This document shows, in pieces, positions 59,254 to 64,000 of a stretch of DNA of 64,000 nucleotides. The notes under the pieces were generated by a model. That model searched no databases and had not been told where the DNA came from. It was given only the letters and a program-made list of their open reading frames with translations. The position numbers were made by a program, and so were the translations under genes. The DNA comes from Macrostomum lignano. Its lineage: Eukaryota. The stretch is taken from the NCBI GenBank assembly GCA_002269645.1, contig NIVC01000206.1:186001-250000 (forward strand), given 5' to 3'. Each line of letters begins with the position of its first letter. Position 1 is the stretch's first letter.

Positions 59254-62154
59254 CCTATTTTAAACAATCGATGTACCTGACGTAACTAAACAAAAAAATT
59301 ATAAGTTTTTACGCAGATAAAAGTTACAAAGGCACTATGAGATAGATTAACATTTAGTTTTTACAAAACTATTGCAATTTCACTAAAAATTCTAAGTTCT
59401 ATTTAGTTTATTTTGAGGAAGCAATTGGTGATAGTGCCATCTCCCCACTCAAGGTTTATTATTGTGTAGATTTTATTGCGTTATGTATTATTGTTTATCT
59501 TCGTAGAAAATTAATTGTAAGAATTACTATGCACGTAAACTGCTCGCCGCTAGATTACGGATTAACCGTGTAGTTCCATTTTATATTAATCAGTTTCTCC
59601 GGCCCAATCTGGCCCCATTGTGCATATCTCATGCAATTTATTATTATCGTTTTCATAGCTATTCTAATTGTACCATAGTAATTTGCAATCAACAAATAAA
59701 TTATCTAAAGTAGCGAGCAGGTTTCAATTTAAACCTACATATATTTAAGCCTAATTAGTGCAAGTATGGAAGAAAGGTAGTGCGGAGTACCCGAAAATTG
59801 GGGAGACACCGGGAATATGCCCCCCCCCTGGAGGGTTAGGACGACCCTGGTGGTCCCTGGACATTTCGGTGACAAGACGTTTCGGTGACAGCCTATTCGG
59901 TGACAATTTAGGACGTTTCGGTGACAAATTTAGACAATTCGGTGACACGTTTTAAAAATGAAAGTTAATTTTGTCTGTAAGATAATATACTCCTGAACCA
60001 AGAGTTAATACTTAAAACTCGTCATATTTTATTGTTTTATGTTGATTTCGTCACTGACACACTGACTTTGTTATATCTACACACTTAATTGGATCCTGCA
60101 CCTGTTCAGATAGGTCAGTCGGCCGAGGCGACCAAGGACCATGCACTGTATACATGACACAGTGGTCCTTGAAGGCGACACGGCAAGCCGCTTATTTCAC
60201 ATACTGCATCATTTGCGACATAATCTGCATGGATATACCCGTATCCAGGGCAACATATGGTAGCATATTTTTACTGCACGATTGATGCAAACAAGTTGGG
60301 TTGTACAATGTACATGTAGTTTGTTACTATACTTACATGTATATCAGTATTATAGTATTTACCTCCTGATGATTGCAAAATGTTATTTTTTATGTATTGT
60401 TTCGATGCACACCACAAACTTCAATAATTTTATGGCTGCTACATATGTATAATGGACATGTAATAGATTACATGTATACATGTACATATGAACCACATGC
60501 GAGAAATGACTTCAGGTTTTGACTTTTGAAAAGATCAGCTACACTAGGTGGATTGGTATGACGATCTATGACTATGATTACTATGACTGGACTTATGACA
60601 TGACTACTCGAGTATGATGATATATATGATTGCTATGATCATGACTATGGCTATGATCACGTTATGAAGACGGCGGGTTTACATGCAATGGGCTACTGAA
60701 AAGCAAAGCAGCGGCATTTCCGCGATTTTCCCCTGGGGCGGTCCCCGGCCGTCGGACCCCAGCTGGTGTGGCCGGCGCGGTGCACCTCAGCTATTTTTCC
60801 ACCGGGATGTAGCTGCTCCAATTTTGCTCTTTTTGGCTTTGTGCGAGAACGATGCAAGTTGCTGTACATGTGCTGCAACTGTACATGTGTGAATAAACAT
60901 GCAGCACGCATAGAGTTAAGGCGATATTAGGAAGAAAATACAGTGATATGACGCGATGGTAAAATTTGCAAAACGCGTGTCTCATGGGAAAGGAAATTAA
61001 GGATGAAATCCCGCTGAGTTCAGAAAGGGTCACGTTAGAGCTTAGAGAGAAATGAGAGACTAACGAGGGGGGGGGGGGGGAATAAAGGAAATAAAGACGG
61101 GGGAAAGAGAGTCCACATTAAGCTTAATAAATTGTATAATTTGCTTTTCAGAACTTGCTGTGCTACATGTAAATCGGCAAGTCTTTATGAAGAAATCTTT
61201 ATGATCGAACAATGAAGAAATCTTTCTTCATTGTTCGATCAATATTAGCACCTTTGATGGTTCAATTTTGCAGAACAGTAAGCTTGTTAAGTAAACCAAT
61301 TGTGCTTACAGGGATTACAATATCTACATCTAAATATACTAAATCTCTAAGGTTTGTATGCTTGCTTGTCCATAACGCTCTAGTGCATTACTAACAATGC
61401 TAATTCTGGAATGGCAAGCACCAATGATTTGGTTGCGCGTTTGCTACCATTCTAAAGCAAAATCATTGTTAGCAGAGAAGCATCGCGCTCGTAAGATGAT
61501 ATAATGTTTGTTTTTGCCACGCCATTCGGGTTAGCAAAGTACGCTCGTAGTAGAACAAACGGATTGCGTATGAAATATGAATGCGCATGAATTTAAAGAC
61601 TCGGTATCCGAGGCGCTAATACGAGTATATAACTTCTAGCAAAGTAGAGCGATAGTTCTTCGAACTCTAGACGCATATTCACAGCTCTGCTGGTTCTAAC
61701 CTTTAATCAGCCAAATAGTTTTTTATTCATGGACGATTACTGCCCAAAATGCAGCCATTCTGTTAGCGGCCGCCAACATGCACTTGACTGTGATAGATGC
61801 AAGTTTTGGTATCATCGACTCTGTTCAACAGGTAAGATTCTACACTTCGCTATTTTTCCCATGTTCGTCATTTAACAGAAAAGATATTCCACCACAAATT
61901 ATATACGTAACTTCGCCAAAATTTCACTTTCCCATAATTTCATTTACCCGAAATATCACTCCCAAGTATCTCAAAGCAATTGCATACACGCATGTGTGTA
62001 GTAAGTACATGTACAGTACACGCCACGCCTTTTTGTTATTATTTTAGGGCGCGCCAGCATCTCTATGGCTAAATATCGTGAGTTACAACGCCGCAGCTCC
62101 TTTAACTGGTGATGCCCAAACTGCAGTTTAGCGGACAATGAGGTTGCCGTAGTT

Positions 62155-62781
62155 GCAGCGGATGAGGAACGTGAGCAGGTTGCTACAGCCAGCGAATCTG
62201 AGGATGGAGCTGCAGCGGATGAGGAACGTGAGCAGGTTGCTACAGCCAGCGAATCTGAGGATGGAGCTGCAGCGGATGAGGAACGTGAGCAGGTTGCTAC
62301 AGCCAGCGAATCTGAGGATGGAGCTGCAGCGGATGAGGAACGTGAGCAGGTTGCTACAGCCAGCGAATCTGAGGATGAAGCTGCAGCGGATGAGGAAAGT
62401 GAGCAGGTTGCTACAGCCAGCGAATCTGAGGATGAAGCTGCAGCGGATGAGGAACGTGAGCAGGTTGCTACAGCCAGCGAATCTGAGGATGGAGCTGCAG
62501 CGGATGAGGAACGTGAGCAGGTTGCTACAGCCAGCGAATCTGAGGATGAAGCTGCAGCGGATGAGGAAAGTGAGCAGGTTGCTACAGCCAGCGAATCTGA
62601 GGATAGAGCTGCAGCGGATGAGGAACGTGAGCAGGTTGCTACAGCCAGCGAATCTGAGGATGAAGCTGCAGCGGATGAGGAAAGTGAGCAGGTTGCTACA
62701 GCCAGCGAATCTGAGGATGGAGCTGCAGCGGATGAGGAAAGTGAGCAGGTTGCTACAGCCAGCGAATCTGAGGATGGAGCT
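62155..62781 (+). repeat. 57-bp coding repeat x11 (AADEEREQVATASESEDGA)
   Basis: 627 bp = 11 x 57, in frame with the PHD and MULE segments. Confidence 0.95.
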
Positions 62782-63242
62782 GCCGCAAAGTTGCTCAAGT
62801 TGCTGCCGCAACATAAATCTGCGGCACAGCTTACAGATGATGAGCGCGAACTCACTTCCTCGACGGTAGCGAACTTGCTGAATCCAACAAATCTAATTAG
62901 AGCTGCAAACCGGTTTCGCGAAAGAGGACGGCCAGAGGAGCCTAGGGATTTAAACTTCCAACTGCAGTTGGAAGCCTTGCCCAACGGATTTCTCAGAAGT
63001 GGTGTCCAGGTTGAATTAGGAAGACGACACTTAGTATTTGCTACTAATCATCAGTTGACACTACTGAGTAGTGCCCACGACGGCCATTTGTGCAACTTTA
63101 CTCGATTCATGGCTTTCTCCGTGCTGAAGGACATCTGAAACAGGTAAGCATGCAATAGGTCAATATTACGATCGTACTCAGCTCTAATATACAGAATTCG
63201 AATCCCCGGAACTATTTTTGAATCCTGATGAATCATACAACA

Positions 63243-63585
63243 TCTCGTCTTCTCTCCACTCTCCTCTTTTCCTCGTCTCTCTCCTCTCTTCTCTCTTGTC
63301 TCTGCTCTCCTTTCTCCTCTTTCATCTCTGCTCTCATCTCTTCTCTATATTCTCTTCTTTCTACTTTTTTCTTTTTCCTCCCTCTCTCCTCTGTCATCCT
63401 ATATACTAAATCTATCTTCTATTATCTCTCCTCTCTTCTCTCATCTCTCATCTCTTCTCTCTTCTCTCCTAACATTTCTCTCCTCTCTCTTCTCACTACT
63501 CTCTCTGCCTCTTCTGTTCTCTCCTCTCTACTCTCTCTGCCTCTTCTATTCTCTCCTCTCTACTCTCTACTCTTCCACATCTCGC
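63243..63585. repeat. CT-rich low-complexity tract in the MULE gene intron
   Basis: Pyrimidine-dominated (CT/TC)n mosaic between donor 63144 and acceptor 63846. Confidence 0.9.
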
Positions 63586-64000
63586 CAAATAAGGGAAGGA
63601 GAGAGAGGCGGATGTTGGGGTGGCTGTCTCGATGACAAAAGCAGACTAACTTTAAAAGAGTTTAAAACACACACCCACTAACACACAGAGCTTTCATTTT
63701 TATACATAGGTATAGATTATACAATTATTGGATATAGGTTCTGAAGGTTTTTTCGTTGATCAGCTCACTTTGTACGTGATTATAGCTATATACATGTGTG
63801 TACTGTATCCATGTATTGCAATTCCGCCGTTTTAAACTAATGGCAGGTCCCATTAGCGTTTGTCCTAATGTCTGGAAGAAAAAAGCGCGACTACAAGGCA
63901 ATCCTGCGTGAAATTCGGAGACTAGTTCCTAACATGGACCCGACGAGTTTTGTCCTGGATTTTGAGCACTCTGTGTGGAAGGCGATCCGGAGGGTCTTCC

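Larger units (their letters stand above)
59852..64000 (+). mobile_element. Left part of a Mutator-like element (right end outside the window)
   Basis: Five TTCGGTGACA repeats at ~59865-59946 (subterminal-type array) upstream of a MULE transposase gene; the exact terminus cannot be verified without the other end. Confidence 0.6.
61729..64000 (+). pseudogene. Disabled PHD-finger / acidic-repeat / MULE transposase gene (partial, runs off the right edge)
   Basis: Exons 61729-61831, 62048-63143, 63847->64000 with GT-AG sites. PHD C4HC3: CPKC..CDRC..HRLC..W*CPNC (TGA at 62110-62112). MULE motifs LIRAANRFR..RPEEP..RRHLVFAT..QL.LLS, RRPFVQLYSIH, QVPLAFVLMSGRKK.DY, FVLDFE..WKA. A frameshifting deletion at ~63076 removes the expected DGTF segment. 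Confidence 0.82.

Noticed and set aside
61971-62984. Antisense 337-aa Ser/Ala-rich ORF and the alternative-frame ORFs 62128-62814 and 62153-62869
   Set aside because: The 57-bp repeat is open in several frames; only the acidic frame links the PHD and MULE motifs.
63218-63635. Leu/Ser-rich ORFs
   Set aside because: Translation of a CT low-complexity tract inside an intron.

Overview
Eukaryotic (invertebrate animal) genomic DNA with GC-rich exons, AT-rich intergenic DNA and minisatellite-filled introns; the style recalls free-living flatworms such as Macrostomum, but the species cannot be confirmed from the window. Four host genes lie on the minus strand: two tandem Src-family tyrosine kinases (8113-12803, 17024-20444), mitochondrial ATP synthase subunit f (30531-30881) and an RBM25-like RRM/PWI splicing factor (32165-38387). 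Most of the rest is mobile DNA: a complete two-gene EnSpm/CACTA transposon (21647-28515), several MITEs and non-autonomous hAT/CMC/MULE elements with readable TSDs, a CORE-type tRNA SINE, a 5'-truncated non-LTR retroposon carrying a solo LTR inside an intronic minisatellite, a full-length Gypsy element (43557-53360) nested in a hAT element, and a disabled PHD-finger/MULE transposase running off the right edge. The most unusual signal is the Gypsy LTR architecture. A 72-bp unit made of a tRNA-Leu primer-binding site plus a copy of the LTR terminus is appended once to the 5' LTR and twice to the 3' LTR. The two LTRs read identical over U3 (531 bp), differ at 7 positions from the predicted transcription start onward, and have no AATAAA. 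This fits a non-canonical replication route with priming inside the 3' LTR (hypothesis). A second highlight is that each Src paralog has lost a different half of the activation-loop pTyr/HRD-Arg switch. All alignments and splice models were made by eye.
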